Shown here piece after piece: positions 1 through 8,899 of a DNA stretch of 64,000 nt. Below the pieces are notes generated by a model, which saw only the letters and a list, made by a program, of their open reading frames with translations, was not told the origin of the DNA and searched no databases. Every line of letters starts with the position of its first letter. Within the stretch, counting starts at the first letter, position 1. The position numbers and the translations under genes are program-made. The DNA is from an uncultured Bdellovibrionales bacterium (GTDB taxonomy: Bacteria > Bdellovibrionota_C > UBA2361 > JBGSMV01). The stretch lies in contig CAZVWV010000002.1 in the NCBI GenBank assembly GCA_964631745.1, positions 999 through 64,998 on the forward strand. Reading direction: 5' to 3'.

Positions 1-482
1 ATCACCAAGTCCAGATACAACCAGAAACAGAAACGCTAAACGCCCTAGTAGAACTAACCCACTCCGAACGCACCGCCAAGGATGAAATCCTAATCTGGGG
101 CTACCTACCCCAATTCTATCTGCTCACCAACTCCCTCTCCCCCTTTGAAGATATCTCATTTATCTCAATTGTGGGCGGGAACTTCACCTCCGATCCCAAT
201 ATAACCCAGCAAACCGACTCAATTATGGTCGCCAAGTTTGAAAAGCAAATGACCGACTCGCCCCCAAAATTCTTTGTGCAGTATCTAGTTAACTCCAACG
301 CCGTGCTCTCTGACCCGACCTTCTTCAAACAAAAGAGCCTGCCCAGCGTGCCGTATCCGCAGGCCGGGCTGGAGCTGCCAAATCAGAGAAGACTTCGCGA
401 GGTGCTTGGCTTGCGCTATCGTAAGATAGGAGAGATGGCTGGGCGGTATGATGGGGCCATTGTGTATGAGTTAGATCGATAA
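1..482 (+). CDS. C-terminal fragment (start lies beyond the window) of a membrane GT-C-type glycosyltransferase paralog. Its periplasmic C-terminal domain is homologous to the C-terminus of the 1326..2921 protein.
   Basis: The reading frame is open from base 3 to the stop at 480-482; the ORF track only reports it from an internal Met at 171. EILIWGYLPQFYLL...KFFVQYLVN...RYRKIGEMAGRYDGAIVYEL aligns with EVLVWGPAPSIYLY...IIFVYYET...RYERVATFEGEFDRAEVYKL at the C-terminus of the 1326..2921 product. Confidence 0.5.
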   Translation, partial: HQVQIQPETETLNALVELTHSERTAKDEILIWGYLPQFYLLTNSLSPFEDISFISIVGGNFTSDPNITQQTDSIMVAKFEKQMTDSPPKFFVQYLVNSNAVLSDPTFFKQKSLPSVPYPQAGLELPNQRRLREVLGLRYRKIGEMAGRYDGAIVYELDR

Positions 483-558
483 CGCCCGTTGATGCCTATA
501 CATCCCAGGGCATGACAACCACCGCTCCTCTCCCGGCGCCTTGAACAGCGCTACCGAT

Positions 559-966
559 CTAAGCAGCTTTACTCTTCGGTAATTCGGCCAACAAATTGGG
601 GTGTTGATTGAGCAGACGAAGAAGATTATCCGTGGAGCGCATCTGCAAAGTCTCCCCCCTTTCGTAGCGACTAAAGCCATTTGCTCCACCACCAAAGTAT
701 TGGGCGGCCTGTTGTTGGGTAAGCCTTAGTTTCTTTCGGATAGCTTTGACCTCGTCCGAAGTCAAAAAGCCGTCAATACCCGCTTGCCAGTCATGCAAAG
801 ACTTTCGTGTCACCCTGAGATCCTCCGCATCAAGAACCCCCTCGGAACAAACGCTACAGTATTCGCCCGGTTGAGCAAGCTTTAGCTTGTGGCCCTTGTA
901 CCTGAAGGTCTCTTGAATTGTTTTGCGATGCAGTTGGCCTTTCTTACAGAAGGGACATTTTCTCAT
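559..966 (-). CDS. mqsA: Type II antitoxin MqsA (zinc-ribbon plus HTH-XRE)
   Basis: N-terminal CPxC...CxxC zinc ribbon (CPFCKKG...CSVCSEG) and C-terminal HTH. Strong similarity to E. coli MqsA (LTQ.EA...FGGG.N.FSRYE.G...P....LLR.L..HP.LL). Confidence 0.85.
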   Translation of the reverse strand: MRKCPFCKKGQLHRKTIQETFRYKGHKLKLAQPGEYCSVCSEGVLDAEDLRVTRKSLHDWQAGIDGFLTSDEVKAIRKKLRLTQQQAAQYFGGGANGFSRYERGETLQMRSTDNLLRLLNQHPNLLAELPKSKAA

Positions 967-967
967 A

Positions 968-1270
968 CTATTTTTCCTTGAAAGAAACTATTAAATGGCC
1001 GCGTTCGTCTTTCATGAACTTTACATACAAGGCTAAATGACCAAATCGAGCATGATACACATCTTGCCACACTCGCGAATCCGCATAAGTCGTCATCGAC
1101 TTATAAAAGTTGCCGGATTTAAGATTTTGAATCACAGAAATCACATCCTCATCTCTTAACCCAAGCGCCCTGGCTGATATATGCGCGGTGCGAGTCATCC
1201 GCAACCCCGATACCGCAAGGAAAGTCTTCTTGATATCTTCTAAATTGTAGCTACAACGACGCTTATCCAT
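968..1270 (-). CDS. mqsR: Type II toxin MqsR (mRNA interferase)
   Basis: 100 aa. FYKSMTTYADSRVWQDVYHAR...LIVSFKEK matches E. coli MqsR (FYKSMTTYSDHTIWQDVYRPR...LIVSFKEK). It sits directly upstream of mqsA with a 1-nt gap. Confidence 0.85.
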   Translation of the reverse strand: MDKRRCSYNLEDIKKTFLAVSGLRMTRTAHISARALGLRDEDVISVIQNLKSGNFYKSMTTYADSRVWQDVYHARFGHLALYVKFMKDERGHLIVSFKEK

Positions 1271-1275
1271 TAACT

Positions 1276-1306
1276 AACCTGTAAGTGTAGTTTAACCTAT
1301 TAGGTT
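1276..1306. promoter_or_regulatory. Putative MqsA operator palindromes in the mqsRA promoter region
   Basis: AACCT-ATT-AGGTT perfect palindrome at 1294..1306 and an imperfect AACCT-GTA-AGTGT at 1276..1288. Both lie immediately upstream of the mqsR start and resemble the E. coli MqsA box AACCT(N)AGGTT. Confidence 0.5.
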
Positions 1307-1325
1307 AGATAAGTCTATGACCGTT

Positions 1326-2921
1326 TTACGAAGTTTGCCCATTAATTATTCCGGGCGCGACATAGGGCCTTAACTTATAAACCTCCGCACGGTCAAACTC
1401 ACCTTCAAAAGTGGCAACACGCTCGTAGCGGTTACTTATGAGATCCTTCACGTATTCTAAGTGCGGCAAATGTTTGAAATCCATCTGCTTCATCGGTGGT
1501 CCCAGTGGATGCCCTACATAAGAGTTGCTAGCAGGTCCAATAAATTCCGGATTACGGTCGCGCATGGTCTCATAATACACAAATATTATCGGCGCAGTGT
1601 CGGTCAGATAATTTTTAAGCAGCACAGACATTTGAGGGTCAATCCCTTGATCTTCAAGTTGATTAGATTCGTAATTGGCCCCCAAAGCCGAGTAGAGTCC
1701 CATGTCAGGAAAAGAAGTGCGGCGTTCACTATACAAATAGATGCTTGGGGCTGGTCCCCAAACGAGAACTTCTTCGCCGAAGTCGGAATTTTTCCGCACT
1801 ACCTCAGCCGCGTTTCGCATGACTAGATCGTCCACCGGCAAGGTCCACCTGCCCGCGCCAATTCCAACACAGATCGGGAATAGCATGTAGCTGCCGCAAA
1901 GGGCGAAGAGTAACCCTTTCAGGTAACGAAACGAAATGGCGCACGCTAATAACCCAGTACTCAGGACAACAGCGGGCTGAAGCACCAAAAGATAATGAAT
2001 ATAGTAGCGTCCGCCAAGCACTGAGTAGATAAGCCCTAACACAGTTACTGATAAGTAAATCACTCGGTAAGGCTTTGGAACGGCACGAACTGCGAGGCAA
2101 ATTAGGAAGCCGATTCCAATCAGCGCAGCTGCCATAGGCTCCGCATCAACTCCCTTTTTTAAAAACTCGAGAATTGAGAATGGAACACCCTTATTACGCA
2201 TCGATAATGGAAAAATCAGGGCATGCTGAACGCAGCTCCAAAGTGCGCCGTGTGCGTAGAGCCACAGCCCGGCTAAGCTCGGCACGAGAGCCACGAAAAC
2301 CATCGCGGTGGCAACGGCACGCTTCCGATTAAGCCAGCTTGAATGGCAGAGTGGTAAGAACATCATCGACCCATACAGAATAAGCCGTTGGTCCATCACG
2401 GCCATAATTCCAAGCAAGAAACCCGCTCCTGCCATCATCCTAGATGATTGCAATCGCCAAGCTCGCGCTAAACTCACAAGAAGCAACCATATTAGCGGCA
2501 ACGCCTGGCTTTGAAGCTCAAAAATAAATCCTACCCATCCATACAGCCAACCGATAGTTACTGCCACCGTCGCTAACAAGACGCGAACGTTTGGCAAACC
2601 TAATTCTTTGGCCAGCATAAATGCTAGAAGCGCTGTGATGCATATATAACTGGCACTCAAACACCAGACCGCGTCCGGCGAATTTAAGAACATCAGCGGA
2701 AAAACATATCCCATGAAATGGTGGGTCACGTCATCGACGTAAGGAATACGCCCGCTCTTAACTACCAGAGCGTGATAAATCATCTCTGTGATGTCGTAAG
2801 AGAGATAAGAATGGTTACGAAAGCTAGAAATCCCAAGGAAGGCGGTCATGATAAGCAGAATGAATATTCCTACCGTGACCGCCCAGGCCTTTGTGCGCTG
2901 ACAACATAGCTCTAAAATCAT
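1326..2921 (-). CDS. Polytopic membrane glycosyltransferase, GT-C fold (ArnT/PMT, GT39/GT83-like)
   Basis: 531 aa. About 11-13 predicted TM helices followed by a ~170-aa soluble C-terminal domain. The first loop has a conserved acidic/aromatic motif (GRIPYVDDVTHHFMGY). The architecture is that of polyprenyl-P-sugar dependent GT-C enzymes. Confidence 0.6.
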   Translation of the reverse strand: MILELCCQRTKAWAVTVGIFILLIMTAFLGISSFRNHSYLSYDITEMIYHALVVKSGRIPYVDDVTHHFMGYVFPLMFLNSPDAVWCLSASYICITALLAFMLAKELGLPNVRVLLATVAVTIGWLYGWVGFIFELQSQALPLIWLLLVSLARAWRLQSSRMMAGAGFLLGIMAVMDQRLILYGSMMFLPLCHSSWLNRKRAVATAMVFVALVPSLAGLWLYAHGALWSCVQHALIFPLSMRNKGVPFSILEFLKKGVDAEPMAAALIGIGFLICLAVRAVPKPYRVIYLSVTVLGLIYSVLGGRYYIHYLLVLQPAVVLSTGLLACAISFRYLKGLLFALCGSYMLFPICVGIGAGRWTLPVDDLVMRNAAEVVRKNSDFGEEVLVWGPAPSIYLYSERRTSFPDMGLYSALGANYESNQLEDQGIDPQMSVLLKNYLTDTAPIIFVYYETMRDRNPEFIGPASNSYVGHPLGPPMKQMDFKHLPHLEYVKDLISNRYERVATFEGEFDRAEVYKLRPYVAPGIINGQTS

Positions 2922-3026
2922 TTAGAGTATTAAATCAAAATCTTATTGTGCTCGAAAGAGCAGTAAGTCATGGCACGATGGTAGAGCTGGCTGGAAATTG
3001 CGGGTTCGCTCCCGAGCCGATCGGAT

Positions 3027-4308
3027 TTAATCTGAGGTCTTAGGAGCTGCATACTGCATTAGTTTTCGATCCAAAAGTAGTATTGAACCGAAAAGAACAC
3101 ATTTCAACAACCAAGCCACCAAGTTATACCCTAAACTCGGCAAAACAGTATAAACCTGGAAACAAAACGCAAGACTGAGCCAGCATTTGCTATATGCGAC
3201 CCAATGAAACAATTTTTGCGACTCCACCATCAAGAGCGTTACCGGCACGATAACTAAGAACTCCTCAAAATGCCCGATATATGGACTGAACAGCAAATAC
3301 ACCGCCATTATATAAATAAGTCCTCGCAACGCCCTGGCGTGCGAGTTTACCTCCACACCAAAAGCTCGCAAACTCGCCAAGCACACCCAGATAAGGAGCG
3401 CGCTCAGGGCACTCGCAAGGCCTTGTGCCAATCGGATTCCGAGAAAAGGCGCAAAGACCCGAATAAAGGTACAGTCTATAAAATCTAACGACCAGAATTT
3501 ATAGGGGCCTTCAAAAGCAGCGCCCGAGTAAGCCCGAAGTGCTGCAAGGTGTTCCCAAAGTATCCCGATCCCCCACCGCGCCGAGACAAACGTCATCGCC
3601 ACCAATAAAAACGTTAAGCCCAGCATCAGCGCCTTGAAACGCCTCGCGAAAATCAATATGGCAGCTCCACAAAGTAAATAAGGGAATTTAATCCCAAGAA
3701 GCAGGATACCAAAACCCATTACCAGATCCCGAGTTATAGTGGCTGATTGAGTAGCGTAGTAAAATAGAAGTAGTAGAAGCCCCGCCGCAAAAATCGAGCT
3801 CTGTCCGAGCATAACCGCCCGCACAAATGGGGAAGAAAAAATGAACGGCAAAATTAAAAGCAGCGGACCATGCCCAATTAGCCCGACAGGCTCAGAGCAG
3901 CGCGTCACCCGGAGCAACCCGTAAAGAAGTATTAAGCATGAAAGGCCGACAAAGTGCATAGGCCAATTGAGGCGAGAGGTGCAGCGCTACTGTAAAGGGA
4001 TACCATACAAGAATAGCAACCGGCCCAACCCCCACCGGCATTACGCCACTAGGCACAGACCCAAAATACGCCGTTAAGCCGTCAATTTGCGACTGCAATG
4101 TATAGATACTCCCAATCTTGTTCGACCAAAGTTCGTCGATTAGTATGAGATGATAGGTAAAGTCTTGAACTCTAAGCAGGCCGAAGTTCGAGGTAATTAA
4201 TCGTTGATTAGCGGCATTTATCAGATAAACAGTGATAACCAAGATACTGAAAACAAGTACGAAAAAGGCTGCGGTATGGGCTCTCTTCTGGTTAATCGTT
4301 GCCTGCAT
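3027..4308 (-). pseudogene. Polytopic membrane protein, putative GT-C/DUF2029-like glycosyltransferase. It is split into two overlapping frames (3892..4308 is the N-terminal part, 3027..3959 the C-terminal part), an apparent frameshift.
   Basis: Two same-strand ORFs overlap by 68 nt in different frames. Both are very hydrophobic and multi-TM. The combined length of about 427 aa is typical for a single membrane GT. Confidence 0.4.
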
Positions 4309-4603
4309 GAATGTGTTATCCGTTATGTGGTGGTTTAACTTAGACTACCTTACCACCGACCTAGCCCAACTAATCTACCATGCGAAAGAGTTGGCCATCG
4401 GGCGAATCCCATATCGCGACATATTTAGCCACCACTTTTTGGGGCTGCTGCTACCACTTCGTGTTATAGACATAATATGGTCGATCTCCCCCGGCCAGCA
4501 ATGGGCACTTTGTCTGGCCTATAATTTTTGCAATGCTATTCTGATCTTTCTCATAGTTCGCGAACTCGCCAGCCCCCGCGAAGCAGCCGTAAGCGGTCAC
4601 TGA
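4232..4603 (+). pseudogene. N-terminal 123-aa fragment of a GT-C glycosyltransferase paralog, truncated by an IS66-family remnant
   Basis: DYLTTDLAQLIYHAKELAIGRIPYRDIFSHHFLGLLLPL aligns with YDITEMIYHALVVKSGRIPYVDDVTHHFMGYVFPL of the 1326..2921 protein. The ORF stops inside the IS66 terminal inverted repeat (GTAAGCG at 4589). Confidence 0.5.
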
Positions 4604-5163
4604 GGCGCGTTATTGCGCAGGCGAATTTTCCAATTTTTTAGCATTCCACTCCGCCGCCCAAAGCCGTGGCGTAAGCTCTGCCACCTTAGCCATGGGGGTG
4701 GAGTCTACACGCTGCAGCACGTCTACGAAATAATCGAACGGTCGCACGCCATGCAACCGGCACGCTGCCACTAAGGATTGCACTATGGCCACCACCTTGG
4801 CGCCAACCTCAGTCCAACAAAACATCCAGTTTTTGCGCCCCATAGGGATAGGTCGTAAGGTACGTTCAAGCTTGTTGTTATCGATGGGAACCGCCGGGTC
4901 GCCCAAAAATACGCGTAGCTCTGCTTCGGCGCGAAGCGCGTGACTGGCAGCTTTGAGAAATGCATTAGATGGTAAAAGCGCCTTGGTCAGCTGCTCAGCC
5001 CGCAGCCAGTTAAAAAACTCATCCACTATCGGACGGGAATGTCGGTCCCGGGCCTTTAGCCTCTCTTCCAAAGAGGCATCTTTAACCACTTCCTCGATAT
5101 CGTAAAGCCGGCGGATATACTCCAGCGCCTTATCACTTAGTTCCGGTTCATACTGCTTTGCTT
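4589..5163 (-). mobile_element. IS66-family remnant. It encodes only the C-terminal ~200 aa of transposase TnpC and is delimited by the characteristic GTAAGCG terminal repeat.
   Basis: ORF 4610..5242 encodes EAKQYEPELSD...VDSTPMAKVAELTPRLWAAEWNAKKLENSPAQ. This is near-identical to ORF 17997..18605 on the opposite strand. The DNA terminus GTAAGCG at 4589..4595 is the typical IS66 end. Confidence 0.8.
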
Positions 5164-5350
5164 CAAAAATAATTGCGTGCGCACTTGGTAAGTTGTCAGG
5201 GAGTGATGAAGATTCGCTAGACACAAAAATTATGTAGCACAATAATTTTCCTGATGCATTATTTTCTCTTCATTCTCGTAAAGAAAATAGCAACTTCTTT
5301 AACTGCAGCCCTTCTAGCACACACATCAGCTCGCGGTAACTTATCTCTTC

Positions 5351-5427
5351 CGTGTGTGGACTCCACCCCCATGTCTAAGGTGGCAGAGCTTACGCCAAGG
5401 CTTTGGGCGGCGGAGGGGATGCTAAAA
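5351..5427 (+). repeat. Third, 77-bp fragment of the same IS66 3' region (it encodes VDSTPMSKVAELTPRLWAAE), in direct orientation to the right copy
   Basis: 5353..5427 matches 18506..18580 with 8 substitutions. It lies 190 bp from the oppositely oriented left remnant. Confidence 0.7.
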
Positions 5428-5466
5428 ACCTGCAAGAGCAATTTCAAAATTCTAGCTTCGCTTGAC

Positions 5467-6912
5467 TTAGTCCTTACCAACGGCGTTCTTTCGAATCCAT
5501 AATTGAACGCGCCGGTTATTTGATTTTATTAGTGAGAAATTACTATTAAGATACCGCTGAATATCCAGACCCTCTCTAGTCATGCGCTCATTGAGCGCCA
5601 AGAATCTTTCATGATTTTTTGGATCGATTACGATTACCTTGGCAACATCAAGAATACCGGGCATCGCCAAAGCAGAGACAGATTCATAAAACCCACAGCC
5701 AACTCCCATGGTGGTCAAAATTGGGTCTCTAAGCTTCTTACTAAGAAAGCAAAGCGAAGGGTCCGCAAAAACTAACGCCGAGGATTCGTGTGGGATATTG
5801 TCATCTAGATCTTTTGCCAAGAACCTTTGTTGATCTCTCGGTTGCCATTTCTGGAACTGGAAAGAAAGAGAAGTTACACAAATTGGATAGATCACGAGAA
5901 TACTAAACATCACAGCAAAATAGATTAGCTTGAGGCTATTTCTTTTTAGAGAGCTCTGCATGAGTTGCCAGATACCGGTAAAGGCAATCAACTTTACGAA
6001 TGGCGCGGCTAATATTATATAGTGAGGATAGGTACGGAAATAGAGGGGCAGCAGCGACGCAATCAGTGCAACAAACGCAGCCACTAAAATTTCAAACACG
6101 CATCTTGGCATTGGCAAAGCTACCATCCACAGCAAAGGGACGATGACAGGCGCAAGTAACAGGGTAAGTCGAGCCAATATTTTCCAGTCAAAAGAGAACC
6201 CGGTATAGTGCCCACCCGACAGCGTATGCAATAAGTCGACAGGCGATACACCACCGATAATATATAAGGCCGAGAAACAAAGAATAATGGGGATTGTGTA
6301 TCCGATTATAAAAATGAGTATTCGTTTAATTCTAGTTTCAATATTGAATGAGTTACGCAAAGTTAATAACAGCAAACAGGGAACAATAAATAATCCAAAC
6401 TGCTTGTAAAGAAACGCGAGACCGCTGCAATACCCTGAGAAAAAGACACCTTGAATGGGGTAACGAACGAGCAAGTAGAACGAAAATAAACTCAGTAGAG
6501 CCACAAACGGTTCGAGGACGATGTAAGTACCTTCGTAGTAGAACGTCATAAATAGAAGAGCCAGGGCGCCAAGGGTACTCAAGTTGGGGTCTTTGGTAAT
6601 TATCCTTAGGAGCTTATAAAGTATCCACGCTGTAATAAGCTGAACTACGACTAACATCGATAGGTAGATGGAATAATCAGCTTCTCGATTACTCACCCAG
6701 GCAATAACAGCAAAAGTAAATATTCCGAAAGGTGTGTATCCACAACTAAAATCCCTATAAAGGACCAATCCGTTGGATACATAATTCGCGGCACGCAAGT
6801 AGGCACCCGCATCTGGGTTGATTGGAGCAAACTCAATAATCGAACCCGCTGCTAATGCAAAGATGCAACTTAGTACAATATTTAGAAAAACGATGATTCT
6901 TCTGGGCGACAT
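5467..6912 (-). CDS. Polytopic membrane protein, probable GT-C-fold glycosyltransferase paralog
   Basis: 481 aa with at least 11 TM helices. The first-loop motif GLVLYRDFSCGYTPFG resembles that of the 1326..2921 protein, and there is a C-terminal soluble domain. It directly abuts the GT2 gene with a 0-nt gap. Confidence 0.5.
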   Translation of the reverse strand: MSPRRIIVFLNIVLSCIFALAAGSIIEFAPINPDAGAYLRAANYVSNGLVLYRDFSCGYTPFGIFTFAVIAWVSNREADYSIYLSMLVVVQLITAWILYKLLRIITKDPNLSTLGALALLFMTFYYEGTYIVLEPFVALLSLFSFYLLVRYPIQGVFFSGYCSGLAFLYKQFGLFIVPCLLLLTLRNSFNIETRIKRILIFIIGYTIPIILCFSALYIIGGVSPVDLLHTLSGGHYTGFSFDWKILARLTLLLAPVIVPLLWMVALPMPRCVFEILVAAFVALIASLLPLYFRTYPHYIILAAPFVKLIAFTGIWQLMQSSLKRNSLKLIYFAVMFSILVIYPICVTSLSFQFQKWQPRDQQRFLAKDLDDNIPHESSALVFADPSLCFLSKKLRDPILTTMGVGCGFYESVSALAMPGILDVAKVIVIDPKNHERFLALNERMTREGLDIQRYLNSNFSLIKSNNRRVQLWIRKNAVGKD

Positions 6913-7827
6913 CTAGTCAAGTTGTTTGTCAACTACATAGTTTGGGCGACCTTTAACTTCGTCTAAGATTCGCCAAATATATTCGCCAAGTATTCCCAGC
7001 ATGAACATAATGATGCCGCCAATAATAAGCAATAGCATCATAATTGGTGCCCACCCTTGGAAGGGAATCATATGCGCGTAGTACGCCCAAATGATAGTCA
7101 AGGCGTACAAGAAGCCACTGACAGCAAAGCCTCCCCCTACCACTGTGAGCAAACGAATCGGCAAATAGCTAACGTTCAAAAATGCAGAATAAAAATTCCT
7201 GAACCGTTTTACAGTATTATACTGCGATTTACCCGTTTTCCGCCGCAACTTGTCATAAGGGATAAATTTAGTTCTATAACCAGTCCATAAAATGTCATAT
7301 TGGTAGAAACGATTTCTTTCGCTCAAAGAATTTATAACATTCAATACTTTTCGGTCGAGCAAGGCGAAATCAAATCCACCAGGCGGAACATTTGGCAAGA
7401 GCAACCAATAAAAAATACGTGATGTTAATTTCCTGGCGAAGGAAGTTTGGTGAGTTCGTCTATAGCTAATGACGATTTCGCTCCCTTCCTCCCATGCCTT
7501 GATCATAGGAACACACTGCTCAGGTGGATCTTGTAAATCTGCGGCCATGTTAATCACACATTCACCGCGCGCATATTGCCAACCCGCCAGAATTGCAGCC
7601 ATTTGACCAAAATTCCTGGTAAAAGAGATAACCCGCACCTTCGCGTCACGTTCTTTTAGAGCCAATAATTCTACTAGAGAGGCATCTGTCGACCCATCAT
7701 TTACGAACAGTAATTCGTAAGAATGATGCGGGAAATGGACTGCAAATTCACCCACAATTCGCTCGTAAAGCGGCATTAGCGAACCGGCATTCTGATAAAC
7801 TGGAAAACAAACTGAAATGATACTCAC
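6913..7827 (-). CDS. GT2 polyprenyl-phosphate glycosyltransferase (ArnC/GtrB/DPM1-like) with two C-terminal TM helices
   Basis: VCFPVYQN...NDGSTD...DLQDPPE motifs of GT-A family 2, followed by the C-terminal hydrophobic hairpin typical of ArnC/GtrB. Confidence 0.8.
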   Translation of the reverse strand: MSIISVCFPVYQNAGSLMPLYERIVGEFAVHFPHHSYELLFVNDGSTDASLVELLALKERDAKVRVISFTRNFGQMAAILAGWQYARGECVINMAADLQDPPEQCVPMIKAWEEGSEIVISYRRTHQTSFARKLTSRIFYWLLLPNVPPGGFDFALLDRKVLNVINSLSERNRFYQYDILWTGYRTKFIPYDKLRRKTGKSQYNTVKRFRNFYSAFLNVSYLPIRLLTVVGGGFAVSGFLYALTIIWAYYAHMIPFQGWAPIMMLLLIIGGIIMFMLGILGEYIWRILDEVKGRPNYVVDKQLD

Positions 7828-8098
7828 GTTTCACACATGTTTATTCGATGTAGCTTGCCGTCCTAGGCCCTCATGAAGACCACACTGCACGAGAGTCACG
7901 ACACAAGCTGCATAACAAAACGCTGACCTACCATGGGTTGCCAGTCCACGGGGAAACTACCTCGCCATCCTGTTTACACGTGCGGAGTGGCGGAACTACC
8001 ATTCTTCGCGCCGGCTTGCAATGACTTGCACGATTTTCCATATCTCTTGCCCCCTCGTCCCGGAATCTATTCTCCGACTGGCATGGGAAATAGCACCA

Positions 8099-8839
8099 TT
8101 ACTTTCCCTTTTCACAAACGAGTACAATGCTAGAGCAAAGCTCGGGATAAAGCTGCCCCAATTCATAGCATCCTTTCAAATATTCATCTGAAACAATGTC
8201 CGTAGCAAGAATTCTATCCCATTGAAAGTTAGCAAGGGCCTTAAAAAAAACACCCGCTCTGTATAACACTGAAAATCCCGATGCCCGAGCATCGCGCTCA
8301 AGAGTATCGAGACTATAGGTAATTCTGTGACCATGGGCAGCTTCGGCAGCGGTTACAGCGGAATTATGCGTAATTAGTCCCATTTTAACAGCAATTTGTC
8401 GTGAAGGAGCATTAGCATTGGGGCAAACCAAGAAAAATCTACCATCATCCGTTACCCATTCTGTATTCACCCGCTTTAAGATTTCAACGGGGTTGTCCGC
8501 ATGTTCAAGAACGTGGATCATCAGAATATTATCAAATCGACACGGCAGCACTAAATCTTCGAAACGGCCATGAACAAAATTGATCTTCTTCGGTAGGCGA
8601 CTACGAGCGATGCGCAAAGCATCCGAAGACGCGTCGACACAAGTGATCTCATCAAAATGACCCAAAATTCGTTCGGTAAAATCACCTTGAAAACTGCCAA
8701 GTTCAAGAGCCTTCCCAGCTCTAAAAAATGGAGCAATGGTGCGAAGCACAAACGGGTGCATCACTTCGTAGTCAAAGCGATAGGCATACTTGCGCACTTC
8801 GTTATCTTTACATTCTTTATTGTAATCTCTGCTTGACAT
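8099..8839 (-). CDS. Class I SAM-dependent methyltransferase
   Basis: Motif I ALELGSFQGDFT and motif II/III ILMIHVLEHADNP. It is paralogous to the 13318..14058 product; both end in a PELC/PELSCG region. Confidence 0.75.
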   Translation of the reverse strand: MSSRDYNKECKDNEVRKYAYRFDYEVMHPFVLRTIAPFFRAGKALELGSFQGDFTERILGHFDEITCVDASSDALRIARSRLPKKINFVHGRFEDLVLPCRFDNILMIHVLEHADNPVEILKRVNTEWVTDDGRFFLVCPNANAPSRQIAVKMGLITHNSAVTAAEAAHGHRITYSLDTLERDARASGFSVLYRAGVFFKALANFQWDRILATDIVSDEYLKGCYELGQLYPELCSSIVLVCEKGK

Positions 8840-8899
8840 CGAAATTAAGTGTATATTTTAAGTCGCCAAATTGGAGCTCGGTCATAAATTATATTAAAA

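Noticed and set aside
171-482. Track ORF starting at Met 171 as an independent 103-aa gene
   Set aside because: The frame is open from the first base of the window. It is better interpreted as the 3' end of a longer gene whose product is homologous to the C-terminus of the 1326..2921 glycosyltransferase.
7933-8133. 66-aa plus-strand ORF in the 270-bp gap between the GT2 and methyltransferase genes
   Set aside because: It is short and Pro/Gly-rich with no RBS or homology. The gap more likely holds the promoter of the GT2 and GT-C genes.
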